Part shown: positions 53,201 to 61,403 of the stretch, piece after piece | Layout: each line of letters starts with the position of its first letter | Numbering within the stretch: the stretch's first letter is position 1 | IMG/VR virus record: IMGVR_UViG_3300028832_000123 | Span: 1-64,000 of that record | DNA length: 64,000 nucleotides | From: a virus | Taxonomy: Duplodnaviria; Caudoviricetes | Reading direction: 5' to 3' (one strand) | Translations under genes and position numbers: made by a program | Notes under the pieces: model-generated | The model's input: the letters and a program-made list of their open reading frames with translations, nothing else | Database searches by the model: none | What the model was told of the DNA's origin: nothing

Positions 53201-54952
53201 AAACCGGCCAATCAGGCTGGATATGGTCGGGAACATGGACTTGATTCCTTTGCCCATTCCGTGCCATACATCGCCAAAGGAACGTGTTGATTTAACGGTT
53301 TCCTCCTGGGCCTGTTTCAGCTGTTCTATTTTTTCAATGAGAGACTGGATAGCCATAGAACGTTCTGCAATTTGCTGTGTGTCAACCTTATTCTGGTTGA
53401 TATCGTCTGCAAGAGCCTGCTTCATGCCTTCCATTTTCATAGTAAGCAGGTCAACGTTGTTATAATTATCAATAATATTCTGCACCATCTCCATGCCGTA
53501 CGCACGTTGCAGATTATCGGTTGCATTTACGGTTGCAGGCACAGCGTTCAAGCTTGCAAGCTTCTGCTTTACCTCGTCCAGCGTCATACCAAATTCACGG
53601 GCCATAATCTTCATTGCATACAACTGTTCTTCCGGAGATCCCTGACCGTGTAGCCACTGAGACATGAGCGAGTTCATGCCCATAGCCTTTTCACGTACAC
53701 CATTATAAATATCCTCGAAGGAATATTTGTTCGCATAATATCCAGTAAACTTTTCTTGTGCCTTTTCTGTTGCACTTCCAAGATTGTTGGTTTCATTTAC
53801 TGCTTCTTTTATTTCTTCAACAACGCCATGAATTGTCTCTTGTGCGTCAGTATATACAGTTGCAATAATAGGTTCATCTTTAATATACGGCTCCCCGACC
53901 ATCTGGAAATCAGGTCTCCACCCGTTCCAGATAGAAAGTGCATTTTCTTGAGCGACACCACGGTTGATGTCTTCACCAGACATAAGTCTCATGCTTTCTT
54001 TTTTGAACCATCCGAGTTCAGAAGAAAGCTTTGAGAACGTCTGGTACATATCCTCAAACGGATTGTATTTTATGCTTGTAACAGCATCACCGATCTCTTC
54101 CAAACGTACTTTAAATTCGCCGGCCGCGTCGGCTGCACTGTGAATTGTTTCTTCAATCTTTACAAAGTCAGAAGAATCGGACGATGTCATACGGCTCATG
54201 GCGTCCATGTCCATACCATAATCGTCCGGGATCCCTTTTCGTCCATGAAGCTGCAGGTTAAGTTTAAGCAGCGGTTCCCTGAAGGAAACCTTTGTCTCCT
54301 CCTGGATATCCTTCATCCTGTCAACAACCTGCTGATAATCAACAAGATCCTTTTTCGCCTGTTCAACCGGAGCCGTTGTGGCACTAACCATTTCATTACC
54401 ATTGAATGAACTGCTGCCCGTCACGGCCTTAATCCGTTCCATAACGTTCGCATATTCATTCAGCGCTTCAGCAAGTGCCTTGACCCCGTTTGCTTTTTTC
54501 TCAAGACCGGAAGGAATGGACTTTGCGCCTTCACCAATGGCGGACATTGCCATTCCTGCTTTATATGCGTTATCTACATTCCACTCTCCGCCGAGAGCTT
54601 CCCTTATTTTCGTAATCTGCGTACCGGCCTGACCGATCTTAATCCCTTCGCCGATAGCTTCCTTAATATCTTTAATCGGCTGTGCGTTAAATTTAACGCT
54701 CTCCACTTCCTTAAACGCCTTATGATAATCCTTCATGGCGTTCAGGAATGTACCGACATTTGCCAGCGCCTTGCTGTTTCCGCTGACACTCTTCGCAAAT
54801 GTATTCAGGGGCTTTGAAACACCGGACAAGTTCAGCCCTGTACCGAGCGCCGTCTGAATACGAACAAGTGCGTCAGTAAGGTGATTAAGACCTTTTGATG
54901 CTGATTCAGAATCGTCATGTATTTGTAAATTCAGAACTCCAACTTCAGGCAT
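50210..54952 (-). CDS. tape measure protein
   Basis: 1580 aa, helical Ala/Gly-rich hydrophobic middle, located after the tail chaperones. Confidence 0.92.
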   Translation of the reverse strand: MPEVGVLNLQIHDDSESASKGLNHLTDALVRIQTALGTGLNLSGVSKPLNTFAKSVSGNSKALANVGTFLNAMKDYHKAFKEVESVKFNAQPIKDIKEAIGEGIKIGQAGTQITKIREALGGEWNVDNAYKAGMAMSAIGEGAKSIPSGLEKKANGVKALAEALNEYANVMERIKAVTGSSSFNGNEMVSATTAPVEQAKKDLVDYQQVVDRMKDIQEETKVSFREPLLKLNLQLHGRKGIPDDYGMDMDAMSRMTSSDSSDFVKIEETIHSAADAAGEFKVRLEEIGDAVTSIKYNPFEDMYQTFSKLSSELGWFKKESMRLMSGEDINRGVAQENALSIWNGWRPDFQMVGEPYIKDEPIIATVYTDAQETIHGVVEEIKEAVNETNNLGSATEKAQEKFTGYYANKYSFEDIYNGVREKAMGMNSLMSQWLHGQGSPEEQLYAMKIMAREFGMTLDEVKQKLASLNAVPATVNATDNLQRAYGMEMVQNIIDNYNNVDLLTMKMEGMKQALADDINQNKVDTQQIAERSMAIQSLIEKIEQLKQAQEETVKSTRSFGDVWHGMGKGIKSMFPTISSLIGRFKQIIKYRMIRSVIKHITSGFSEGLQNVYGYSKAIGGSFAPAMDSAATAINQMKNSLGAALAPAIQALVPVLNTVVNWFIQLVNYANQFFALLGGQQTWTRALPVATEAFSKQKKAAKGAGAAIKDLLADWDELNIIQSQTGGGSGAGTTTAEDYLKMFEEVNRFDNKIKDIVDFVKENFNTILTTVGLIEAGMLAWRFSKGVADVLPVLSKIALGFSSGATIALSVVLTDLTGQLYTDTGDPGWLIADALTGAVGATIAGGIAEKILAGSGIYTAAFTLALNGIVNIKNAIGAAAQQQRGRSFMLNALGAIESGIGAGLIAATAGACTAASIATGVVTGLIALTIGIALSIKAEKDAEYKQMAIDAFAAQGKDGIDPDEYLKELQAEMDRRTADSNLVVNTSITLGENTQTLNDTLESIKVLNETIKGNEKLSKKDADAFKATWDIVLETMREISEINYSTMYAGLDEAIKNGSDEIKEAAIEYKAQALKMETIMNGAHAAFEKEIRMLEDQIITGTIDEEGLKRYKELYEMLAEETETGLDKFRVALSEGMRFDFGSEDPIGKAVEFIKSMGNDTIQPALEAAEAQYNAEMESLEQSRKDLEKYHDKGFIKDDQYNDMKAFYDSMESFYFTRWEDQKKEINNSVNDALSALVEQSVAGYLELDSSDERALKSYVDNVFVPLEKAMEEAGLAVPEKLKQYIARNGKEVWKTDVAEQYAAGSKEALYETFYDEMMAGNIDDALKFSVAYELDLINKDPNYLTDETRKEIVNALEEAFADPTRIIQELKETLGWSYEDILNAFDFSKLDESEVSEITSLFESLREAETEALQYRTKIDPSKSDYLSWGEYTEEIEKVTKSYDELIKKIREYNGEDINNSGKLEGITPEINTANLVPVRLSASAGFNYSDTSYNNYTPSDTTVKTEPNDPQAEASTVAAGVQRGSADMVAQLATCVSLLSQLLQKEWNINVTPNSGWGEHNAKSNAAWTKMVGWEATPE

Positions 54953-54985
54953 AGTCTTATCCTCCTTGCTGACGCACCCGTATTC

Positions 54986-55495
54986 TTACTGCCCAGTGCT
55001 TTCCTGCTTTTGTTTCTCTGCCTTGCGGATAATGTTGCCGTTCATTCTGGCAACCATCTGCTGGAACAGAGACATCGCAAGTTTCGACTGGTCTTCTTCT
55101 TTCTTCTTCCGTTCTTCCTCTTCAGTCTTCAAAGCAGCCTTCCGTTCCTCATCAGCCTTTACCATATACGGTCTGTCCGTATACTCCGGCGGATCGGTTA
55201 GCTTTTTGACGGGTACAGCTGCAACCTGCATCTGTACCGTGTGAAGAGCTTCTCGGATGTAGTGACCCATGTTCCATGCGTTCCGGTCAGAGATCCGCAT
55301 TTCATTCTCCATGCGGATCTGATAGGCTTTACGGAAAGCCCGACGTATGCCGGACTCTCCGTGCCAGAACTGTTCATAGGTCATGCCGATTGCCATATAT
55401 TGCGGAAGAAGTTCATCGAACAAGTCTCCATACGGGGTTTTACTCGTCCGCCTGGATCGTTCAGGTTGTCCTTCTTCCGTCAGACAACTTCCCAC
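54986..55495 (-). CDS. tail assembly chaperone, downstream (T-like) frame
   Basis: YMAIGMTYEQFWHG motif; overlaps the upstream chaperone in the -1 frame. Confidence 0.7.
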   Translation of the reverse strand: MGSCLTEEGQPERSRRTSKTPYGDLFDELLPQYMAIGMTYEQFWHGESGIRRAFRKAYQIRMENEMRISDRNAWNMGHYIREALHTVQMQVAAVPVKKLTDPPEYTDRPYMVKADEERKAALKTEEEERKKKEEDQSKLAMSLFQQMVARMNGNIIRKAEKQKQESTGQ

Positions 55496-55914
55496 GTAGG
55501 GTCGTCATCCTCTTTCGCCCCCTTCGGGTCTTCGAGAAATTCCTTCACCGGATTCATGTACAGCGCAACCAGTTTCGCCAGCAGTTCCGGCTTGTGGGTC
55601 TGGTGGTCCCAGATCTTCTCGATCCGTTCAGTGGTGATCTTGCCGTTGTAGCGTGAACGGAATGCGCCGGAGAACAGTGCTTCAGCCGTGGTGACAGGGA
55701 AATCCATGTCAACCTTAAAGCCGTTCCGCTCCATAGCCTTCACAACATGGGGCGTAAACTCCAGGGTGTAGCGGTTGCCCCACTCGTCCTTCACTACCAG
55801 GGCACTGATCTTTTCCTCTTCAGGGGCGGTGTTTTCCATGTTCTCTACTGCCTTTGCAGTCTTTTCATTCGCAGCCATAGTCTGCCTTCCTTTCTCGCCC
55901 GATATTTCAGGCAT
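55480..55914 (-). CDS. tail assembly chaperone (G-like)
   Basis: YTLEFTPHVVKAMERNGF..LFSGAF; between tail tube and TMP. Confidence 0.75.
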   Translation of the reverse strand: MPEISGEKGRQTMAANEKTAKAVENMENTAPEEEKISALVVKDEWGNRYTLEFTPHVVKAMERNGFKVDMDFPVTTAEALFSGAFRSRYNGKITTERIEKIWDHQTHKPELLAKLVALYMNPVKEFLEDPKGAKEDDDPTWEVV

Positions 55915-55969
55915 CGTAAATAATATTTATGGAAAGGGGGAGAAGAGGACCTCCTCCCCCTGCCATACG

Positions 55970-56416
55970 TTAGTTGGACGCAAACACAACAACCGTAGAG
56001 GGAGTTGCGCTGATGGTCATACCGACCGCTTCGTTGACGCCACCGCCGGAGACACCCGCAGAGACCTCACCAGTCCAGGTGAACTTGCCGTTGTGACCGT
56101 CGGGGATTTCGTTACCGCCGGTACCGGAAGCACCGAACCAAATGGCGTACTCGTACTGGTGACCTTCCAGAGACACGATCTTGGCGTAGTTTTCAGGGGT
56201 GTAGTTTGCTCCCAGAGTAAACTCGGCTGTATCACCGATACCCTGAATGAAAACCCTCATGTAGTCGGACAGCGTCGTGATATCGATACGGTCCTTCGGG
56301 GGAATCAGGTCGGGGAAGTTGGTGATGTCGATGACCTTCGCAAAGGTGCCGGAAGTCGTGGAGCGGTACATAAAGTAAGTCTGATACGTGGAAATACCTT
56401 TCTGACCTGCTGCCAT
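55970..56416 (-). CDS. major tail (tube) protein
   Basis: PDL..PKDRIDITTLSD..FIQGIGD..FT..ANY..GGGVNEAV. Confidence 0.85.
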   Translation of the reverse strand: MAAGQKGISTYQTYFMYRSTTSGTFAKVIDITNFPDLIPPKDRIDITTLSDYMRVFIQGIGDTAEFTLGANYTPENYAKIVSLEGHQYEYAIWFGASGTGGNEIPDGHNGKFTWTGEVSAGVSGGGVNEAVGMTISATPSTVVVFASN

Positions 56417-56528
56417 AGCTTTATCTCTCCTTTCACAAAAGACTTTGGATGTAAAAACGCATGAAAGCGTGGATAAAATCCAATCCCGCAGTCATGCGTC
56501 TACAATGTGTTTAATTCGGCGGTATATA

Positions 56529-56921
56529 TCAGATCCTGTACAGGTTTCCGTCCCTGTCCACAACTGCTTCATACCGTCCAACCCACCGTTTTACTTTCGG
56601 GTTGTCGAGGTTCGGAATGAACTGTCCGCTCATCCTCGTGAAGTTCATTGCGATCATTTCCTTGTCAGCGAGCCTTGCAAGCTTTTTTGTGGTTTCCCGT
56701 TTACCCGCAAAAAACTCAAGCTGATAGGTGATCAGTGAATAATTTTCCACCGGAGTGGAAGTCTGGAGCCGACGCACAGTGGCGTTGTCCATTTCGTACA
56801 GGCATCCGGCAGGTAGCTTTGCAAGAGTCTCCGGCGTGTCGGAAATAAACTGATTATCCGCACAGTACTTGGCAACCTTGTCATAAACTCTCGTGAATAT
56901 TTTCACTTCGTAGTCGTTCAT
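56529..56921 (-). CDS. tail terminator/completion protein
   Basis: Position and size; TYQLEFFA, RWVGRYEAVV. Confidence 0.7.
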   Translation of the reverse strand: MNDYEVKIFTRVYDKVAKYCADNQFISDTPETLAKLPAGCLYEMDNATVRRLQTSTPVENYSLITYQLEFFAGKRETTKKLARLADKEMIAMNFTRMSGQFIPNLDNPKVKRWVGRYEAVVDRDGNLYRI

Positions 56922-56934
56922 GGTTGCTCACTCC

Positions 56935-57441
56935 TTATGGGATGTATTCAGCGATCACCTTTCCGCCTATCGCCTCGGCCTCATCCTGCAAGTCCCGCAA
57001 TGTGTTGTACATAAACGGCCTTGCCGCCATACCTGCCGTCCAGTGAAACTGTCCGTCATATCCCCTGTATACCCAGCCGTCAAGTCCATGCCCTTTCGAG
57101 TCGTACTGGTAACCGTTCGGCTCCGGATGCGACTGTATCGATCCGACAACGCCGGTTCCGTATTCCACGAATACTGCGTACATGACTCCTGTGGTGATAA
57201 TGCCTTCCTTGTCGTTCAGCATTGCTGCCTGAAGGCTGTCAGACAAAGCACCGGAATCGTATGCAGGGTTCCAGAACATGATCAGTTCTGCCTTGGCGAT
57301 CTCCACGCCTTTTTCGATAAGCGTTTCAATCAGGTTAGTCATGGCTGAAGACAGCTGGTTCCGAAAGTCCTTAATCGCCTGAATTGCATGGGCTACAGAC
57401 GCAGGATCGAGCGTCATGTCAATGGTCTTCAGCACAATCAC
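56935..57441 (-). CDS. HK97 gp10-like neck protein
   Basis: YAVFVEYGTG, GMAARPFMYNT. Confidence 0.85.
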   Translation of the reverse strand: MIVLKTIDMTLDPASVAHAIQAIKDFRNQLSSAMTNLIETLIEKGVEIAKAELIMFWNPAYDSGALSDSLQAAMLNDKEGIITTGVMYAVFVEYGTGVVGSIQSHPEPNGYQYDSKGHGLDGWVYRGYDGQFHWTAGMAARPFMYNTLRDLQDEAEAIGGKVIAEYIP

Positions 57442-57845
57442 GGTTCATCACCGTCCGGAATCGGAATCTCTTCCTCTTCAACGTCAGGAATTGGAATCTC
57501 TTCCTGTTCAACCGTCATCATTCGCAATGCAATGTTCTTCACATTGGTAGTGTCTGCTACTGCACGAACCTCATACTTGTTCCCCTTCCACAGGATGTAA
57601 CCGTCCTCTTTGATGTCGGCGCTCACGTTTGCCATGACGAGCACGTGCGTGTACCGGAGGTCCCGCCCATAAAATTGCGGGTTGGTATGCCCACTCGCTG
57701 CGGATATCGATCCGTGGTACGTTACGGGGTTTCCGTACACGGGATTCGGCTCGCCTGTATGGTCGCCGTCTCCATTGAGATCGGAGCCACGCCCGATGCA
57801 AGGGAAGTATTTAAAGGTCTTCTGGTCTCGCCTTAATCCTCTCAT
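57438..57845 (-). CDS. head closure/head-tail adaptor protein
   Basis: Position; YGNPV..ISAASG..FYG..YEVRAVAD. Confidence 0.7.
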   Translation of the reverse strand: MRGLRRDQKTFKYFPCIGRGSDLNGDGDHTGEPNPVYGNPVTYHGSISAASGHTNPQFYGRDLRYTHVLVMANVSADIKEDGYILWKGNKYEVRAVADTTNVKNIALRMMTVEQEEIPIPDVEEEEIPIPDGDEP

Positions 57846-57857
57846 GCCGCCACCGCC

Positions 57858-58196
57858 TTAAATGACAACCTTGGCGAATGGTACGATTTCTTTCAGCATT
57901 TGTTCAGGCACATCAGAGGAACCGTAGTTTCTGTGGACTCCGTTCTCAATATGCTGAATTTCACCTTCCGCACCACGCTTTTCAAGCCAGTAACAGCTTA
58001 TGCGAAGCTGGAGGTTGTCGTACCTTGACGGCATCGTTTTGCCGTTCGCCTGTCCTTCAAAAGGATAGAGCTTTGACATGATGAGGGCTTCAGCGTCATC
58101 GAGGTAGTCTCCGAGAATATCAGGTTCAGTGAACTGATCGGGATCCACATCCTCAAGACGTCTGCGGAGCCGTTCAATCTTCTGGTCCCTTGTCAT
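57858..58196 (-). CDS. head-tail connector protein (gp6/gp15-like)
   Basis: KRGAEGEIQHIENGVHRNY. Confidence 0.85.
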   Translation of the reverse strand: MTRDQKIERLRRRLEDVDPDQFTEPDILGDYLDDAEALIMSKLYPFEGQANGKTMPSRYDNLQLRISCYWLEKRGAEGEIQHIENGVHRNYGSSDVPEQMLKEIVPFAKVVI

Positions 58197-58211
58197 CTCG
58201 GATCACTCCTT

Positions 58212-58451
58212 TCATTCGCTTGCTTTTTTCCGGCGGGGTGCAGCTTTCGGCTTTTCCTTGGGTTCCTCCGGCGCTTTCTCTGCTTCGACAGGCTTCTCTT
58301 CCTTTACCGGAGCGGGCTGGGTGGCAGGTTCCCCTACCACCGCAACCATATCTCCCAGTTCAGGAACGGCAGTCTGATCGACATCGAAAATCTCGCCAGC
58401 ATGGTACCAGTCTCCGTCATACTTGACGTTGGTTTTCGCCTGGACTTTCAT
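58212..58451 (-). CDS. small capsid-associated protein
   Basis: VKYDGDWYHAGEIFDV plus Pro/Lys/Glu-rich tail; directly after MCP. Confidence 0.65.
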   Translation of the reverse strand: MKVQAKTNVKYDGDWYHAGEIFDVDQTAVPELGDMVAVVGEPATQPAPVKEEKPVEAEKAPEEPKEKPKAAPRRKKASE

Positions 58452-58467
58452 TCCCGTTCCTCCGATC

Positions 58468-59538
58468 TTAATAAACCTTCAGCAGGGCCACCTGGTCCAT
58501 CTGCTCATAGCTGGGCAGGATGATCTCGGACACGATGGTGTTGATGTTCACCGGATGCGGTTCGGTAATCTGGGTAACGGCGACACCGGTATCCACGATA
58601 GCCACATCAGCCATGTTGGAGCTGATCAGGTCAGCTTCTTCAGGCGTGGTGCCCAGATAAGTGGTGCCCAGAGTGCTGTCCGGCAGGATGGCAACATAGC
58701 CATCGGGGACGAACTTGAAGGTGTGCTTGTTCTCGTTCTGGTACTTCTTGTCATAAACCAGAAGCTCCAGTTCGGCGCTGTCACGCAGGACCTTCTGCAT
58801 ATCGGAGTCGGTGGGGTTCGCCACTGCAACACCTGAAGTGGTGATGAACCGATTCAGAAGAGCCTTGTTGCCACGCAGGGTGCGCAGGGTGGCACTGTTC
58901 ATAGCCATGATGGCAGCCTGACCGCCCTTGTCGCTGATGGCGTCCTTACCCTGCTGAATATCAGCCAGAGGATCGGAGTGGTCCTTGTCGTCCCACTTGC
59001 TTGTGCCGGCCAGGGCAAAGTAGTTGGTGCGCTTCCAATCGCCGTCGGGGTCGTAGTTGTAGGTGTAGTCCACACCGTTTGCCACGATGGAGATACCCAC
59101 GTTGCCGTTCTCGGCAAACAGGAGCTGCATGCGCATCCGCTCGCCCACGACCCGTGCGCCCTCGATCAGCTGATCGGCATCATCGAACACCTTGGCGATG
59201 ATTTCACGCACATAGGGGTTGGAGCTGTCCATCGCCTGGAGGATGTTCTGACGGTCCTTTTCCTTGATCTTGAAGCCTTCACGGAAGAAGGGCATTTCGC
59301 TCTCGATCTTGGAAACGCCCATCCGGTCACGGTAGGTGGCCTTGGCGTCAAATGCGCTGGGCATCAGAGAAATCGGCAGTCCCTTGGAGCCTTTGAACCA
59401 GCTCAGATCGAGACCGGCCTTCTGCTGACGGGGGAACAGAGCTTCGCCGATATATGCGTCGTTGGAAGTCTGCGCTTCAGTCCAGTGCATACTGATGGCT
59501 TCGGGGGATACAATCGTTTTAAAAGCGTTGAAATCCAT
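58468..59538 (-). CDS. major capsid protein (lambda E-like family)
   Basis: 356 aa; EALFP, SAFDAKA, MPFFREG, ERMRMQLL, SEIILPS. Confidence 0.9.
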   Translation of the reverse strand: MDFNAFKTIVSPEAISMHWTEAQTSNDAYIGEALFPRQQKAGLDLSWFKGSKGLPISLMPSAFDAKATYRDRMGVSKIESEMPFFREGFKIKEKDRQNILQAMDSSNPYVREIIAKVFDDADQLIEGARVVGERMRMQLLFAENGNVGISIVANGVDYTYNYDPDGDWKRTNYFALAGTSKWDDKDHSDPLADIQQGKDAISDKGGQAAIMAMNSATLRTLRGNKALLNRFITTSGVAVANPTDSDMQKVLRDSAELELLVYDKKYQNENKHTFKFVPDGYVAILPDSTLGTTYLGTTPEEADLISSNMADVAIVDTGVAVTQITEPHPVNINTIVSEIILPSYEQMDQVALLKVY

Positions 59539-59565
59539 AGTTGTTATCTCCTTTCATTGGATTTG

Positions 59566-60210
59566 TTATTCTGGCCATTGCACGTGCCGGAGCATATGTC
59601 CGCATCCAACCCGTGCATCCGCATAAATTGAAATTCCGTTGGCTCTGCACTGTGAGCAGAAGTACAGGTCTTCACTCAACATGCCACGGTTTTCGTTTCC
59701 GTAATTCACCCAGTCATACCAGGGATACGAAAGCGTCTGGAAGATGCTTGTGCGAATAAGAGCACATCCCATTCCACCGCCGTGGATCTCAAAAGCTGTT
59801 ACGCCGTTCTCCTGCATTTCGTGCAGTTCTTCCGCTGTGTATTCCGATTCAAGCGGATAGTGGTAATACTCTTTGCCGTCTGCGTCCTTCAGCTTACAGG
59901 CGCACGTTCTTCCGTGATACAGGTTATCAGACCCCCTGTGGGCGTAATAACCGATACAAACGTCTTTATCATTTTCCAGAAGGCACATCAGTGCATTCCT
60001 CGGAAGAACAACGTCGTTATCGACCATCAACACATATCCTGCGTTCAGATTGATAGCCTTCTGTGCGATCTTGTTCCGTGCAGTGGCTACGTCATAGCCA
60101 CGCACAGACTCGAACAACACTTCATGATCGCCTTTATCCAGATCCCACAGTGATTTGTAGGTGTCCGGAAAGATGGTCTCGTACGTCGGTACGGCAATAA
60201 GTATTCTCAT
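59566..60210 (-). CDS. GT-A fold glycosyltransferase between decoration protein and MCP
   Basis: ILIAVP, ARNKI, YVLMVDND (DxD), GGGMGCALI, SEDLYFC, CGH. Confidence 0.85.
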   Translation of the reverse strand: MRILIAVPTYETIFPDTYKSLWDLDKGDHEVLFESVRGYDVATARNKIAQKAINLNAGYVLMVDNDVVLPRNALMCLLENDKDVCIGYYAHRGSDNLYHGRTCACKLKDADGKEYYHYPLESEYTAEELHEMQENGVTAFEIHGGGMGCALIRTSIFQTLSYPWYDWVNYGNENRGMLSEDLYFCSQCRANGISIYADARVGCGHMLRHVQWPE

Positions 60211-60224
60211 CGGTTAACCTCCGA

Positions 60225-60599
60225 TCAGGTTTCTCCGGTTTCTCCGGTAGCACCAGTCTCGCCTTCGACAGCGCTGATGTTGGTCCGGAACACGATTCCG
60301 GGCAGTGCTTCATACAGCGCAGACACATAGGTCACACCGCTGTGAGCCTGTGCCTTGGTGGAGTCGATGACAGCCTGAACCACGGCAGCGCCATTGGGGT
60401 TCGCAGCGGTATCTACGTCATACAGCAGGATACCGACAGCGCCGGAGCCAGTAGTTGCTTCGCCGGCAGCGGTCAGGGGAGTGCCACCCTTAACGATGGT
60501 TCCGCTTCCAGGAGTAGCCACTTTGATCGGGATACTCACGGGGTTGGTGCAAGCCAGCCATTCAACGCTTCCGCCGATTACGGTCTTCGTAAATTTCAT
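60225..60599 (-). CDS. head decoration protein with C-terminal (Gly-X-Thr)4
   Basis: IVKGGTPL, VGILLYDVD; ends GET-GAT-GET-GET. Confidence 0.8.
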   Translation of the reverse strand: MKFTKTVIGGSVEWLACTNPVSIPIKVATPGSGTIVKGGTPLTAAGEATTGSGAVGILLYDVDTAANPNGAAVVQAVIDSTKAQAHSGVTYVSALYEALPGIVFRTNISAVEGETGATGETGET

Positions 60600-60642
60600 G
60601 AAACATTTCTCCTTTCGTCAGGTTTTCATATTGGTGTCATCC

Positions 60643-61320
60643 TTACCGGATGAAACTCTGCAACTGACTACGAATAGAATTTCCTCTACCCGCCTTCTGC
60701 TGACCGAGTTCTTTTGCCAGTTTCAGGGCTTCCTGCTTTTCACGGTCCTCGGAACCGCCACCTGCTCCGGGCGGGGGCACTTTGCCGAACTCAACCCGCA
60801 GGGCTTTTTCCTTCGCATCCCATGCCTGTTTGATCAGAAGCAGAGCGTTCTCGACGTTCTCGCATCCGACCAGGCTTTCAGCGATGTTTCCGGCGGTAGC
60901 TTCATCCACTCCGAGATTGCCCATAACGGACTTGGTCGCCTTAATACGGGACACCTCCCGCTCAAGCTCTGCCACATGCTGGGCAGCCTTTTCCTCGGCT
61001 TCCTTCTTATTCGCAGCGTCAATCTCTTCTTGAGTCTGCTTGGTGCGCAGTTCCTTTTTGTACTGGGCGGCTTCGCTGGTAGCCTTATCAAGGGCTGCCT
61101 TCTGCTTCGCCATGTCGGCTTCCATCTGCTTAATCTTCGCAGCCAGATCCTCTCCGCCACCTTCGGGCTTCGTCTCTCCGGCAGGGGACGCAGGTTCTGC
61201 ACTTGCGCCAGTACTTTCGCCGGCAGGAGCTGTCTCTCCACCAGCGGTTTCTCCTCCTGTTTCAGCAAAAAACTGAAGGTTCAGAGGAAGCATTCCTTTT
61301 CGTTCCAGTTCCATTCTCAT
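60643..61320 (-). CDS. capsid scaffolding protein with Prp-type cleavage motif
   Basis: LPLNLQFF/AE N-terminal motif, coiled coil, PPPGAG near the C-terminus. Confidence 0.85.
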   Translation of the reverse strand: MRMELERKGMLPLNLQFFAETGGETAGGETAPAGESTGASAEPASPAGETKPEGGGEDLAAKIKQMEADMAKQKAALDKATSEAAQYKKELRTKQTQEEIDAANKKEAEEKAAQHVAELEREVSRIKATKSVMGNLGVDEATAGNIAESLVGCENVENALLLIKQAWDAKEKALRVEFGKVPPPGAGGGSEDREKQEALKLAKELGQQKAGRGNSIRSQLQSFIR

Positions 61321-61403
61321 TCTCCTTTGCGGTTATAGTCTTCTCTGACTGTATTGCGGTTATAGTCTTCTCTGACTTTATGAAAACAGACTTCAGTCTG
61401 TAA

